Positions 1 through 13,440 of a DNA stretch of 64,000 nucleotides are shown one piece after another. The notes below the pieces were generated by a model. The model ran no database searches. It worked only from the letters and a program-made list of their open reading frames with translations, and was not told the DNA's origin. The translations under genes and the position numbers were made by a program. The stretch's first letter is position 1. The number at the start of each line of letters is the position of its first letter. Source of the stretch: Octopus sinensis. Lineage: Eukaryota. Location of the stretch: the NCBI RefSeq assembly GCF_006345805.1, contig NC_043008.1, positions 30,814,001 to 30,878,000 of the forward strand. The letters run 5' to 3'.

Positions 1-19
1 AATTAGTTAATATCAGCCG

Positions 20-345
20 TAGCTGATACGACGACGAGAGTTCCAGTTGATCCGATCAACGGAACAGCCGCTTCGTGAAATTAACGTGCAAGTGGCTGAG
101 CACTCCACAGACACGTGTACCCTTAACGTAATTCTCGAGGAGATTCAGCGTGACACGGAGAGTTACAACTCTGGGCCTTTGGAACACAGGTACAACAGAA
201 ACAGGAAGAAAGACTGGGAGAAAGTTGTAAGAGAAAGAGTACAGCAATGTTCGCCACTAGCCCCTGCCAGAGCCTCGTGGGGCTTTAGGTGTTTTCGCTC
301 AATAAACACTCACAACGCCCGGTATGGGAATCGAAGCAGCGATGC
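20..345 (-). mobile_element. SINE-like interspersed repeat (tRNA-like head, truncated)
   Basis: Minus strand begins with a B-box-like GCTTCGATTCCC. Diverged related segments occur at ~6190-6310 and ~49170-49300. No coding signal. Confidence 0.45.
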
Positions 346-416
346 CACCTTTATTTTTGATGGGATACTAAGTTTCTTTTTCTTTTTATACAAACTGTAA
401 AATCTCTTTCCAACAT

Positions 417-471
<55 letters not shown>

Positions 472-689
472 ATATATATATATTTATATTTGCGGAGATT
501 CGTTATAAGTATATTCTTATACCTATAACGAATCTCCTCAAATATTATTTTCATATTCTTATTACCTGTTTTGGCTGATTTTCATGAATATAATGAATCC
601 TTATTTGAAATCACCTTTTCTTTCTTTTTGGATCCCCCCAAAAGTTTGAATTGTTCTTTTTCAATTTACCTTTTCTTATATATGTATCA

Positions 690-989
690 TATCTATAAAA
701 GGGAGGTTGTGTGTGCGTGTGTGTGTGTACGTGATTGTAATTTATGCATATCCACAAATTAGCACGCTTGTCGCTCAAATTTTAGGAGGACATTTGTCAA
801 CATCCTATCTGGGTTTTGCCAACTTGTTTTATTCCGCGGGCGCCTCGGGAAAAAATAAGTTGACAAAACCCAGATAGGGTGTTGACAAATGTCCTAAAAT
901 TTGAGCGACAAGCGTGCTAATTTGTGGATGTGCATAAATTACAATCACGTACACACACACATGCACACACATCTTCCGTTTTATAGATA
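690..989. repeat. ~300-bp imperfect palindrome
   Basis: Arms 690-~830 and ~850-989 are reverse complements (e.g. CCACAAATTAGCACGCTTGTCGCTCAAATTTTAGG / CCTAAAATTTGAGCGACAAGCGTGCTAATTTGTGG). Confidence 0.95.
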
Positions 990-1669
990 CGATTACTTTT
1001 TGATGGCGTCTAACAAAAAAAAATAAGATAAAGAAAGTGGAAGATGGAAGCAGAGAGTTTCACGGGAAAGACAAAGTGAGAGAGGGAGAGAGAGAGTAAG
1101 TGACTACGTCCATACAAAATAAAATGTAAAATGTTTTGTCTTTTGTTTTTGAAAGGCACACTATATTTTATAATCATAGTATATATACTTTCTCACACAA
1201 CAATTACCATATATTTATTTTAAATCCCTTATTTATTTTAAATCGTTAATCTTTCTCCCCCTCTCTCTCTCACACACACATTACTTTGGGTGCGAAAGAG
1301 TTTTGTTTTTATTTTACGTCGAGTAAAAAAGTGTTTTGTTGACAATCCATTTATTTAACAACAAAGAAACAAAGAGGTGCGTAACAATTTGTCAGCGAAT
1401 TGCACACTATAAAAGGGTACAATTTGCGAGGTTTCCACCACACCTCATTCCGTTGCACGGACGACAAAAAAGGTTTCGAGGCCAGAGTAGTTGATTCCAT
1501 GCAAAAAAAACGATTTTTTTTCTTAGTGAAAATTGTGTGAGTGTTAATCTACGAATTTATCCATTCATTTCTGTTTATGAACATGTATGCGTGCACAAAA
1601 CATGCAATAGGTGTACGTACGTACGTGTCTGTATGTGTGTTCGTGTCTGTTGCCCATATATATATATAT

Positions 1670-1765
<96 letters not shown>

Positions 1766-1887
1766 CTAATTTCAACGGATTTCGCCCAAATTTGACGTCT
1801 ATATTACTTAGTTTGGTTTGAAATAAATAACTTGATTAGCTTAATAATCGTAACTTAATCCCGGGCAAGGCCGGGTTATACTTCTAG
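690..1887 (+). mobile_element. Non-autonomous Helitron-like element with folded-back 5' end
   Basis: 5' A^TCTATAAAAGGGAGGTTGTGTGTG. 3' hairpin CCCGG-GCAAGG-CCGGG (1860-1875) followed by CTAG^T (1884-1888), the typical Helitron termini. Confidence 0.6.
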
Positions 1888-4800
1888 TAAATATATATAT
1901 GCATATATGGGTACAGGACGTCACAAAACATAAACAACATGAAATACGAAGACAAACTTTTTTATGCTAACAACGAGAGAAACTAATGGAAAACAAGACA
2001 AGTAAAATAAAGAACGACCCTTCATCAGTTGTCGGCTGTTTAGGGTGTTGCAAAGAGAGTCTAAATATATATAGTTGTTGTTTTAAAGCAAAACTACGCA
2101 GAACACAGTATTTGGTTTATTGACTTGCTCTTACCAATACCATTCTCCATATGAATATTATTTTAGCAAACAACTATGCTCCCTAAGTTTGCTGCGGTTT
2201 TTATATATTTCTCTAACAAAAGTAGAATTTTTATCGCTCTAATTGTTTAAGACATTCTCATGGAAAAGAGAATTTTAAAAGTCTCAGTGCGTTCGCTAAA
2301 TAGATACAAAACCGTAATTCCCCTCGTCCCCCGATGTCTGCGATGAGCAGACAAATAGTTTTATTGAAATTGTCAGCTAAGTTGACATATACTACACGGG
2401 GGAGTGGTAGCAGGCAGACATAACGGCTATGATGCCGGTGATACAAAATGTCTAGCGTGTCTGGAAACTTTTGCGTAGTAAAGGGAAAATTGTTTTTATC
2501 CGAAAATATCATAAATGACAAAAAATAATGCTAAGATTCAACACAGCATTGCATCCGAAATGGCATCCCAGTAAAGAGCATGAGCAATGACGAAGAACAC
2601 AGCACTAGTAACATAAACAAAAGCAATGACAAAAACAACGAAAAACAAGAAGGAAGTAACACAAAGAAAGGTGAAAAACAAATATTTGATGGAGAATCCC
2701 AACGTTTAAGCTTGAGAATCTCAACGAAAATCGAACGAGACATCAACATTATGAAAAACAGCAAGAAAGAAGAAAGCTAGGACATCAACAACAGCATAAA
2801 CACCAATAATACTAACAGAAAGAACAATGTCTAGAACTTAGGCTGGAAACTTAGATACTAATACTTTATATCTGGGATCTTGACCGAAGTAGGTTTTTAA
2901 CGCCTGACATGGTCCTTCGGTTCAGTGACAGATTCTCTGTATAGTACGGTCTTCCTTTCCTACGCGAAAAGTTACAAGCTCACAGCCTTGGCCCGGTAAA
3001 TGTATTTATTATCTGAAGCCAAACATTTCGCTCCTGTCTATTCAATTGACGCCAACTGGGGGGCTTTCTGGCACTGCTTAGGGAATATCTGTGCAGGGAT
3101 GAGACGCACATGACAATTTTATATTTATAAGTCAGTTTATTCTTGATATTCACTGAATGTCTGTCTCCTAGTCAATCAATTTTCAAAATGTCTTGTTCAA
3201 AACATATTTCAGTGTCTATTACTCTACTACAAGAAACTGGGAATATGCATTTGAAAAGGAAAGACTCATGAAAAAAGTTATTTTAAACCTAATCACAAAA
3301 TGACAATTAGAAATAAACGTTATTGTTACAAATATTTATCTTGAGCAACACGTTTAGTTAAAAATTAACTCCTAAAAATCCAAAATTGTATGACAGAAAC
3401 AAAATTTACACCAACAAAAGTAATTCGCACATGTACCATACTTTACGTAAAAAGGAAACGTGTGCGGAAGTGTGATAATCTTGCCAACAAAAAATAGGTG
3501 TTAAACATGAGCTATCCGAATAAAGAATTTCACTTGGTAGGATTTTGAGACTAGAGTGAATACGTCTTTGCCAGAGCGTTTCGCCCAAGAGCAAAGGAGG
3601 AGAAACGATTCCTTACTTTGTATCAGCAAAAGCGGAATAGGTTTTCTTATGCCCTCAAAACAGCAAATAGTTAACCCTGTGTGGTGTGAAAGAATATTAC
3701 GGAACAGTATACATAATTTTTGAAACTGAGGATGAGATGAAGATGCACTATACTAGTGACACAATACATAGATCGACACATCATGTGAATCATGATTAAA
3801 GATGTTGTCTATGATGTTGACATTTGATAAGTGGTCATCTTTCTTGCATAACAGATGTAGAGCCTCAAAGGAAATACGAACGGTATGTAGTCGGGGTAGT
3901 GTAAATGGACATACCAGTTCTAATAGCCCCTGTAGATCTCAGAGCCATACCGGAGCTGTTTCCCATCGAGGGATCTAAAAGAGAAAACTGAGACTAGTGG
4001 GGCAAAACAGAAAGTCTAGTTGCTTCACCTATGGTGCTATTAGCCATTTGAAGAAAACAAAGACAATGTGAGTCAGTAGCATGTTTCCCGCTCTGGGAAT
4101 AGTTTAAAATATTCCCTCCAATCCGATCCTAGACTGGTGATTAGAAAGTTGAGAAAACCCCTGCTGATAGTACAATCCGAACTTTTTGCTGGGATAAGGA
4201 GGACAAGGAAGAGCAGGGGTTAAATTTATAAGAAGCAGAGAAAGCAAATTGCAGTGGACAACAAAAAAGGTAAGGTAAGAAAGAAAATCCCCATCAAATA
4301 TCAGAGGAAGGTAAAAGATAAATCATTCAGCGTGAATTATTTCTCCTACTGAACCATGTTTCTTCACAACGTCTCATAGAAAACGAAGTAAGGACGGAGA
4401 TTTTCATGAACTACAGAAAAATTAGAAGGAAAAGAGAATGCAAATTTACAATAAGACGGTCTTCGATTATGCTAAGCAGCCGAATAGAAGTTCATGGTGA
4501 AAACCACCTTAAATACTATTCAGCAATGTACCTGACTCTTAGCATGGACGTAGTCAGTTTCTTGTTCGCTCTGAAATTCAGCACTTTAGTTAGGCTTGGG
4601 GGAAAAGGTACCTACTCTGAGTAACACCCCTTGGTCAGATCCAAGCAGTGCTGAAATTATATATTTTTAATTATACAATTATTTTCTGTAATGAAACAAA
4701 TTAACTTCTTGACATTGTATTTGTCTCTCTCCGAATTTTATATAATTATCTTTTGTTTATCTCCACACATTTGTAACATTATTGTGTACAATTTATTAGG

Positions 4801-5113
4801 CAAATGAATGAGCCTAGCATTTGGAAATCAGAATAGTTGGGGCAGGGGACCTTTCTTATCTTTCTTCTAGGGTCGGTAAAATATAGTAACCCTCAAGTGC
4901 TAATATTGATTTAATTGACATACATCTCCAATGTTACTGGCCTTGCGTCGAAATTAGAAATAATCATTATTGTTGCTCTTACCGTTTATCTTATTAGTAT
5001 CGTTATCATCGGTCAAATTGCACTTGTTAATCGAGTTGAGTTGCATCTCGCTCCTGTCCTATCCTACACAACACAACAAAACACCTGCAGACTTAGTTAT
5101 CAAGATTTACAAC

Positions 5114-5145
<32 letters not shown>

Positions 5146-5791
5146 CCCATTCATCACACTCACACAAACCCATCACACTCACATTCATTACATACACACA
5201 CATACACACACAATCATCTCAAGAATACACATGCACACACACAAGCACATACACTCGAATACACATATATACACGTCGAATACACATATATACACAGAGA
5301 TACGCATCTCACACCATCACATCTCATATATGACATCCTACAACGTTTAGCGATTTATTTGGTCAAATAAATGCGAAGGACGTGAGGGAAAAACTGCTAT
5401 CAACCATAGCTGAAGGCAAGATATAATCTCAGTAAAGTTGTTATCATTGGTTATTTGGGTAAGTCTAGACATTTTTATTTATTCTACTTTCTTCTTTATA
5501 CATCATCCTCTGGCAAATCGTTTTGTAACGTCTTTGTAATGGCGTGCTAAATAATTTGGAGACTCCAGTGTAAGTTTGCATTGCTTTCATAGTACTTGAG
5601 TTTTTACAGCGATACTGCTTTACAGTGGGGTTGATTTTTTCCTCGGAAAACATGTATAATTAAATACACGAGCTGAGCATTTTCGTGTGGCTCATCATGC
5701 AGCTAGAAATAGCTGACAAATTTAATATAAAATAAGCAAAGTAGCTAGTTCTAAGATCTCTGTAAGAGATGCAAGTAGTAACTCTACTGAA

Positions 5792-5890
5792 AAGTATTGG
5801 TTGTTGCCGCCTCAACGTGGTTGTTCTGTACAGAGTAGTAACATTGTTCTGTACGGAACAACCACATTGAGGTGGCAACAACCATTACTT
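5792..5890. repeat. ~100-bp hairpin/palindrome
   Basis: AAGTATTGGTTGTTGCCGCCTCAACGTGGTTGTTCTGTACAG pairs with CTGTACGGAACAACCACATTGAGGTGGCAACAACCATTACTT. Confidence 0.9.
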
Positions 5891-7115
5891 TATATAAAAT
5901 ATATTCGTACATCCTTCCTATTGAAAATACTCTGTACACCTACGGTCACATTAGATACACTATGGTTGCAAAAAAATACAAGGCAGTACCCTGTTTGTTT
6001 GTTTTTTACTTAATCCGTCACCTAGGCTACCCATGCGAGCATTTGGGCCAGGTGACTGGTATGAGACAGACTGTCCTCCTTTCCTTCCGTAGGGGCTCTG
6101 TAAAGGATTATGACTATTGCCATTCCTCCTGATTACAAAATCAAAATACATCGACCTTCATTGTTAAGTATTTTGATTGTTCGATTAAATAAATTAACTT
6201 GTCCTTGAACTAATGTGTAAGTGGCTGAATATTTCATACACTCATCACACAATTCCCAAGAGGAATAATCGTAACACAGTGCAACAAGTCCGGATATTTA
6301 AAGTATAGGTATAATTCATATGGCAAGCGTCAGAAGTTTCTATCAGTTCAGCTTTATTAACAAGTATTTGGTTTAATACTTTACGCATATGACGTGCAAT
6401 GAGATCGAACTTTGATTATCGGGATTTCCAGACAATTTCTTAAGCATATCAAAACTGAATAAATCCAATGTTCCACACAGTTATTGGCTAAGTTAAGGAA
6501 TCAAAGTCATGGGGTTTATGGAATTTTCTGGCATACAAATCGAATTTTTGCACTAATATTTACAGTTTAAGATGGTAAGTCAACTTATACACCAAAACCA
6601 CTTTGGAAGACCACTTTGAAATACAGTAAGATATGAAAAGATAGTAACAATGTTTGAATGTTTGACTAGATGTTAACACTATATAATATGTTGACTAGAA
6701 AATGTTTTAGTGAAACAATAACTCCACTGGGAACCAAATTGGCGTCAAAAAGGAGCATCTAGGTTGTAATTCGACTTATGTAAAAGCGAAAGCTCCTTGG
6801 AAAAATACGCCAAAATTTTTTTTAAATATTCGGAGTTGAACCTTATTCAATATATTCGATCGTAGGTTACACAAAAAGATGAACTGGACATGGCTGAAAT
6901 GCTTTTGATCATGAGTATGAACCTCTGGGTTAACATGGGCGAAGTAAATAATAACTGTAAACATGCTTTGCAGAATGGAATTACGGCATTCTATGGCACA
7001 GTATTGTATGCACAATGCACTCACATACATACATTCACGCAAACATACACACACAAATATGCATACCAGTACACACATATACACGGATAATCATAAACGA
7101 AACTCAAATATTTCA

Positions 7116-7329
7116 TATTGTTTCAAATTTTGGCACAAGGCCAGCAAGTTCGGCGTAGTGGGTAGGTCGATTACATCAGCTCCAGTATTCAACTAGAACT
7201 CTTTTTATCGACCCCGAAGGGATGAAAAGCAAAGTTGACTTCGGCGGAATTTGAATTCAGTACGTAAAAATGAATGAAATGCTGTTAAGCATTTTGCCGG
7301 TGCCATCAATTCTGCCAGCTCGCTGCCTT
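7116..7329 (-). mobile_element. tRNA-derived SINE, family B
   Basis: Minus strand reads AAGGCAGCGAGCTGGCAGAAT...TTCAAATTCCGCCGAAGTCAACTTTGCTTTTCATCCCTTCGGGGTCGATAAAAAG...GGCCTTGTGCCAAAATTTGAAAC. Several homologous copies lie in this window. Confidence 0.85.
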
Positions 7330-8155
7330 CGCAAATATTTTATATTAAAGTAAGTCATATCTACATTCGCTTGTAGCAATATGGTGATGCTTGAGAAGGC
7401 GACAGTGATGGTGGCGGAGACGTCAGTGGTTGGTTGACTTCACTGCTACTGTGGCTGTGGTCATCATGGCCGAAGTCTTGGTCATGGTGTTGTCTCTGTC
7501 GTTAATGAATAATGTGTTGACTACTCCCAATTTTATCGACATTTCTATCACGAACTGTCATCAGTTTAATTCCAATAACAAGGCACTTTAAGAAACTATA
7601 CAACTAACTATCAGTTTTAACAATCCTGGAAATTTGAGGTGCGTCAACTTCACAGCATCCACTATTTACGTTCGGGTACAACAACTATAATAGCAATGGC
7701 AAAACGGTAATTATAATGACAGTGACGACGACGACGATGAATTTGTTGTTGTTGTTGTTGTTGATGATGATTATTGTCATTATCACTATCATTAAGATGA
7801 TGACGATGATGATTTATTTATCAGGAAAACAACTAAGACAAACATTGTAATACAATGTATTTGCAATACAATACAACATCATAGATAATATACATTTATA
7901 CAAGTATATATGTTGTATATGTGTGTGTGCACGTATATGTGTCTGTGTGTGCGCATGTATCTGTGTGAGTGTGCGCGTGTGTGTTTGTGTATAGGAGTAA
8001 ATGTAAGAATAAGCAAGTTAGGCAAATCGATATACAAAAAATATTAAATACATTTAATACTAAAAAATATACATATGTTTGCATATAAAAAAGTCCGTCT
8101 TACACAGAATAGAAATGATATCAGGAATTAAAGAGGTTGAATAAAAGTTTTACGA

Positions 8156-8248
8156 GTCCAAGAGCTGTTTCTGGGGGTTTGGTGGTCCAAAATAATGATT
8201 GTAAATGGATTCCATCATCGGATAATACCAGTCCCTGTCTTCAGGGAA
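8156..8248 (-). ncRNA. Decayed hammerhead ribozyme-like motif in a PLE-type 3' end
   Basis: CTGAAGA-CAGGG...CCCCA-GAAAC-AGCT on the minus strand, downstream of a pyrimidine-rich tract. The cleavage triplet is degenerate. Confidence 0.4.
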
Positions 8249-8614
8249 GAATTTTACATTTGAGGTGTTGAGAGAAAAGAGATTAAAGACGGAATGATTT
8301 TGTGGAGAACCAAGTGTATTAGAATGAGGAGTTGGGATGTTTTTAAACAGAGAGTAGCGGGAGAAAAAAATATATTTCCGGTTGGGGTTATTAATGAGGC
8401 TAGTGATAGTAGTAGAGCTGGAAGGTGGGACGAAGATAGAAGGTTGTTTAGGTAGTATGTGAATAGTAACCTATATGTTAGTGCGTACGAAGGCTATAGA
8501 GTTAAAGTTGGAGTTAAAGTATAGAGTTAAAGGGGAATACGTTGACTGGTTGAGTGGCTGAGGGAGACTAGTGCGGTAAATGGAGATAGATGAGAGGAGA
8601 TGAGAGGAGATGAA

Positions 8615-9170
8615 AATATATATATGTGTGTGTATATATATTTTCATGTATATGTGTGTATAAACATGTGCATTATTTGCATGCGCATTGTGTATATGTA
8701 TATTGTATGTATGTGTACTGTATATGTATGTGTACAATTAAGTGTATATATATGTGTGTATGTGTGCATTGTATATATGTATATTGTAAGTGTGCTATAT
8801 ATACATGAATACATGTATATACGTTGCGTGTATATATATGTATGCATTGTGTATGTATGTTATGTGTGTGTGTGTCTATATATATTATATGTATGCGTAC
8901 GTGTATGTGTATGCATTGTATGTATGTATATTGTGTGTATATGTGGTATATCTATGTATGTGTATGTAAACACTATTTATATGTATATATGTATATATGT
9001 ATATGCATTGTCTATATATATATATATTATATGTATGTATTGCGTATGTATATTGCATGCATATATTGTGTATGTGTATTATATACATGCTGTGTATGTG
9101 TATTGTATGTGTATATATATGCTAGGTGTATTTGTGTAATATTTATATTATGTATATATGTGTGCGTGTG

Positions 9171-9209
<39 letters not shown>

Positions 9210-9410
9210 GTGTGTGTATGTGTTATATATGTGTGTATATTATATATAAATACATGTTATATTTGTGTGCTGTGTGTATATATTATATATGTGGGTGCGT
9301 TGTGTGTGTGTGTGTTCTGTGTGTGTGTGTTGTGTGTATGTGGTGTGTGTGTGTGTATACTATGTGTGTGTGTGTATTGTTGTTGTGTGTGTGTGTATAT
9401 ATGTGTGTGA
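8615..9410. repeat. Degenerate (TA)/(TG) compound microsatellite
   Basis: Direct inspection. Confidence 0.95.
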
Positions 9411-9971
9411 CAAACAGACGCTGTCTGACCAGCAGGCACACGGACACATCTATTCACACCCGCATACTCACCTCCCAATAACCCCAAAATCACTGATGCT
9501 TGAAGGGGAAGTATAAACCAAACTGGGTACATATCTTTTTTTCTCTCAATCCAACTTTTCTGCTAAAACAAACAGGTCAGTAAAAAACAAATTCTCGCCT
9601 TCGATTCAAAATATTCTGAGATGTCTAAAATATCCATTTTAATTTTCTCTGTCAATATTACAAGCTTTCTCACCAAACTATTACACTTCCTTATGTCTTT
9701 AACATGTCCTTTCTACCAAAGACTGTATATATATACATGTAATGTGACAATTTGCGACAACCAATAATTAACGCAACCAAATTTCCAATAATATATTTGT
9801 TTTATTCTTTTCTGCCAATTTTTCCAAATATTCTCATCATACTATTGAACTTTTTTATACTATATTTATACATGTAATGTGACAATTATGTATAAAAAAA
9901 CATTTTTGAATTCATAATATTCAATGTGACAATTATGTAAAAAACTTTTTTTGAACCCATAATATTCAAAG

Positions 9972-10016
9972 TTACTTTTGACAATCTTTTACCAAAGAGT
10001 GAAACCGGTTAAGTAA
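9972..10016 (+). ncRNA. Decayed minimal hammerhead-like motif
   Basis: Stem I TTACTT/AAGTAA. Core TTGACAA (CTGACGA with two transitions). Stem II TCTTT/AAAGA. GAAAC-CG-GTT palindromic stem III. Confidence 0.45.
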
Positions 10017-10057
10017 ATAAACATCGTTTAAATTGCATTTTCAAACCTTTTTTCATA

Positions 10058-10113
<56 letters not shown>

Positions 10114-10132
10114 TGTATATATATATATATAT

Positions 10133-10892
<760 letters not shown>

Positions 10893-11049
10893 GTGTGTGT
10901 GTATGCATGTATGTTTTTCACCGAATGTTACACTTTTCTTGGAGAGCATTTTGAATTATCTTTCTTTCCATTAAGTATTCATAGTTTACATTCTAGATCT
11001 TCCAGGTTTTTACTTGTTTGAAACGTCACTCTTTATGACTGACGCACTT

Positions 11050-11560
11050 TCTCACAGGTCAAATTTGAAAAGGCTAAAAGTGGCCTATGGGCTCTACCTT
11101 TCTCATTTTTGCCTGGTCAACTTTCTACTACAACAGTGCCCATCCGGTTCTAACCTAGTCCTAAGATATCAGTTCAGAATATCCCCTCCGTATCAATTGG
11201 TCATATTCTAGACTCACCCAAGTGCTTTCATACCCCCATGAAAGTTTCCCTATAATACACAGCTGGAGAACACTGATATGTCTTCTCTTGAATATCCAAA
11301 GAGGACATCCTTTGGCATGCAATTCTTCTACATGTGGAGTATGCAGCCTTCGCTGCTCGCTTAGACTGAACAAAATGGGAAATCCAGGGTGAAACAATGC
11401 GATTACAATGGACACTGACTTATTAGAGCATATTAAGACAGTACATACAACTCATGTAGAGGGTTTTCAGTTTCTGTCTTATTTGTCACATATACTCCAT
11501 GTCTTATTGTTCATACAGCTGATGTCAGACATATGAGAGGTTTCTGACTTTGCCTTAACC
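11050..11560 (-). pseudogene. RTE-type LINE 3' relic
   Basis: Frameshifted motifs LKTLYMSC, QRRL..HV, MPKDVLFG resemble the RTE ORF C-terminus (RRL.W.GHV.RM...R.PK..L.G). Confidence 0.45.
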
Positions 11561-12079
11561 GACGACTTGGAATTTGTCCACACTCGAGAAGTGAAGCAAG
11601 AAACAGTTAAACCTGAATTCTCGATCCGCTTTTGTCAATCTCCGTGTCCAACGGGAGTTTATCATCGATGACAGAATCGAGTCTCTTAAACTAAAGAGCG
11701 ACAATGAGGTTGTAGTTGCGTGTGATGAGAGCAGTTAGTGTCTCTGTATCCTGTAGAAGGGCATTCAACATTTTCTGCCTGAAATTCGCACGACCGTTAA
11801 AGAAACGGCCTGCCAATAAAAATGTTTCTTGCCAGGTGTGATTAGCATCTACTGGATTACCTGTGGATATCATTGATAATTGTTATATGTGTTGTTGTCT
11901 TGGTTCTAGGTTGAAATACACTGGTGAGCCGTCCGTCTGATATTGAAACGTCGGTGAAGGCACAAAATACACACACACACATATGTATGTATATATGAAT
12001 ATACATATACACTTGCGCGTGCGCACATACATACACAAAGTCACATATATACATACATGTATTTGTATATACATGTGTG

Positions 12080-12283
12080 TGTGTTGTATGTGTCTTTCAG
12101 TTTGTTTGCCCGACCTCCACCCTTTGACAACCGGTGTTGCGCGTAAGCTAGCGGTTCAGCAAAAAACTGAGAGAATAAGTACCAATCTTTAAAAAGTAAG
12201 CGCTGGGGTCGATTCATTCGACAAGAATTCTTAGATGCGGTGCCTCTGCATGGCCGCAGTCTGATGGCTGAATTGAGTAAAAT
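12080..12283 (+). mobile_element. SINE family A, 3' part
   Basis: TTGACAACCGGTGTTG...GCGGTTCAGCAAAAA...GAATAAGTACC...CTGGGGTCGATT...GCATGGCCGCAGTC. Confidence 0.8.
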
Positions 12284-12571
12284 ACAAAATATTATATAGG
12301 TAGTTTTTTTCTTCCCGGTTCTTTCCATTCTAGGCTCAAATCTTGCCACAGTCAAGTCTGCTTTTTATCCCTTCGGGGCACTTAAAATGCAGTACCAACC
12401 AGGTGGTAGAATAGAAGGTGTCGACTAACCGACTTCGTTCAAAATTGCTAGGAATATGTATACACTCGGTATATTTACTTAGATGTGTACATTATGCACG
12501 TGTGTGCATCTGTGAGTATGCATATATATATATACATGCGAGAGTGTATATACATATAAACATACATATAT

Positions 12572-12606
12572 ATGGAACGGGAAACAACTCCCGTGTATTC
12601 CCTGGA
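12572..12606. other. 35-nt inverted copy of 13355-13389 (candidate editing-complementary sequence)
   Basis: 30/35 identical to the reverse complement of 13355-13389. Isolated inside a (TA)n tract. Confidence 0.6.
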
Positions 12607-12607
12607 G

Positions 12608-12638
<31 letters not shown>

Positions 12639-13189
12639 ACCGGGGTTCAATATAATTTTCCTCAATCAGATTCAACTATCAGATATTGACCAAGTCCAGT
12701 CTGTAGTGGAAAGCACTTGTCTCAACTACCGCACAGCAGGATCGCCCCTGAAATCTGTTTTTGAAGCTAACTTTTTCCCCATATAGCTATATTTGCAACT
12801 GATTCTCACAATGAAAGTTGTTTATAGTCAGCTTTTCTGAGCTCCCACGTGGCAACGATTATTGATGAACATACATTGATTTTTAATAGATGCGATCTCT
12901 AATGAGGCGCACCTTTTCCTGCAACTCATCACTGTGTCTATGATCTGTATCCAGATCAAACTTAAACATTAATCTAATTTCAGGCAGACTTACACATCTG
13001 ATAATTATTTGTTTTCGTTTGTTGTTAATCATAATCAAGTAGAGTTATGAGTAACGCCATTCCAGCTATAGCTATCCCATCTCATGCCTTTTGCTCTTCT
13101 AATTTAGTTTATCTAGGATTACTTTATATAATGTTACCTTTTTTTTCTCTAGGATTAGAGTAGAGTGAGATGCAAAAGGGGTGTGCTTG

Positions 13190-13440
13190 CTATTTCTTAT
13201 AGATAGAGTAACAATTAAGTAGATCTCTCGTTGTTCGTTGGTCAATGATGATCGAAGTAAATGTGTTACTCTTGAAAGGAATGTTGTAACACCAGTTCCA
13301 CAAACAATCCACGGTGATTTCCTTGACGAACCTTATGTGCTTGTTCTGGAAATTTCCAGAGAATATACAGAAGTTATTTCCCGTTCCATTCCTCTGAGGA
13401 AACATTTTACAAGACACCTTCTTACCGGTTGTTGCCAATC
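13190..13440 (-). CDS. Candidate terminal coding exon of an unknown Cys-containing protein
   Basis: Polypyrimidine tract plus TTATTAG acceptor (AG at 13442-13441), phase 1. Open, non-repetitive frame GLATTGKKVSCKMFPQ...NCYSIYKK* with 5 Cys. No family recognised. Confidence 0.35.

Noticed and set aside
1900-2040. CTGATGAAGGG on the minus strand in a PLE-end-like fragment
   Set aside because: No GAAAC or stem III partner in the window.
2580-2780. Asn/Lys/Glu-rich ORF
   Set aside because: Low-complexity A-rich sequence with no domain signal.
2880-4650. Possible old LINE relics
   Set aside because: Composition is suggestive, but no diagnostic motif could be read with confidence.
7525-7570. CTGATGA...GAAATGTC on the minus strand
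   Set aside because: Stems I and II are not convincingly paired, so it could be chance.
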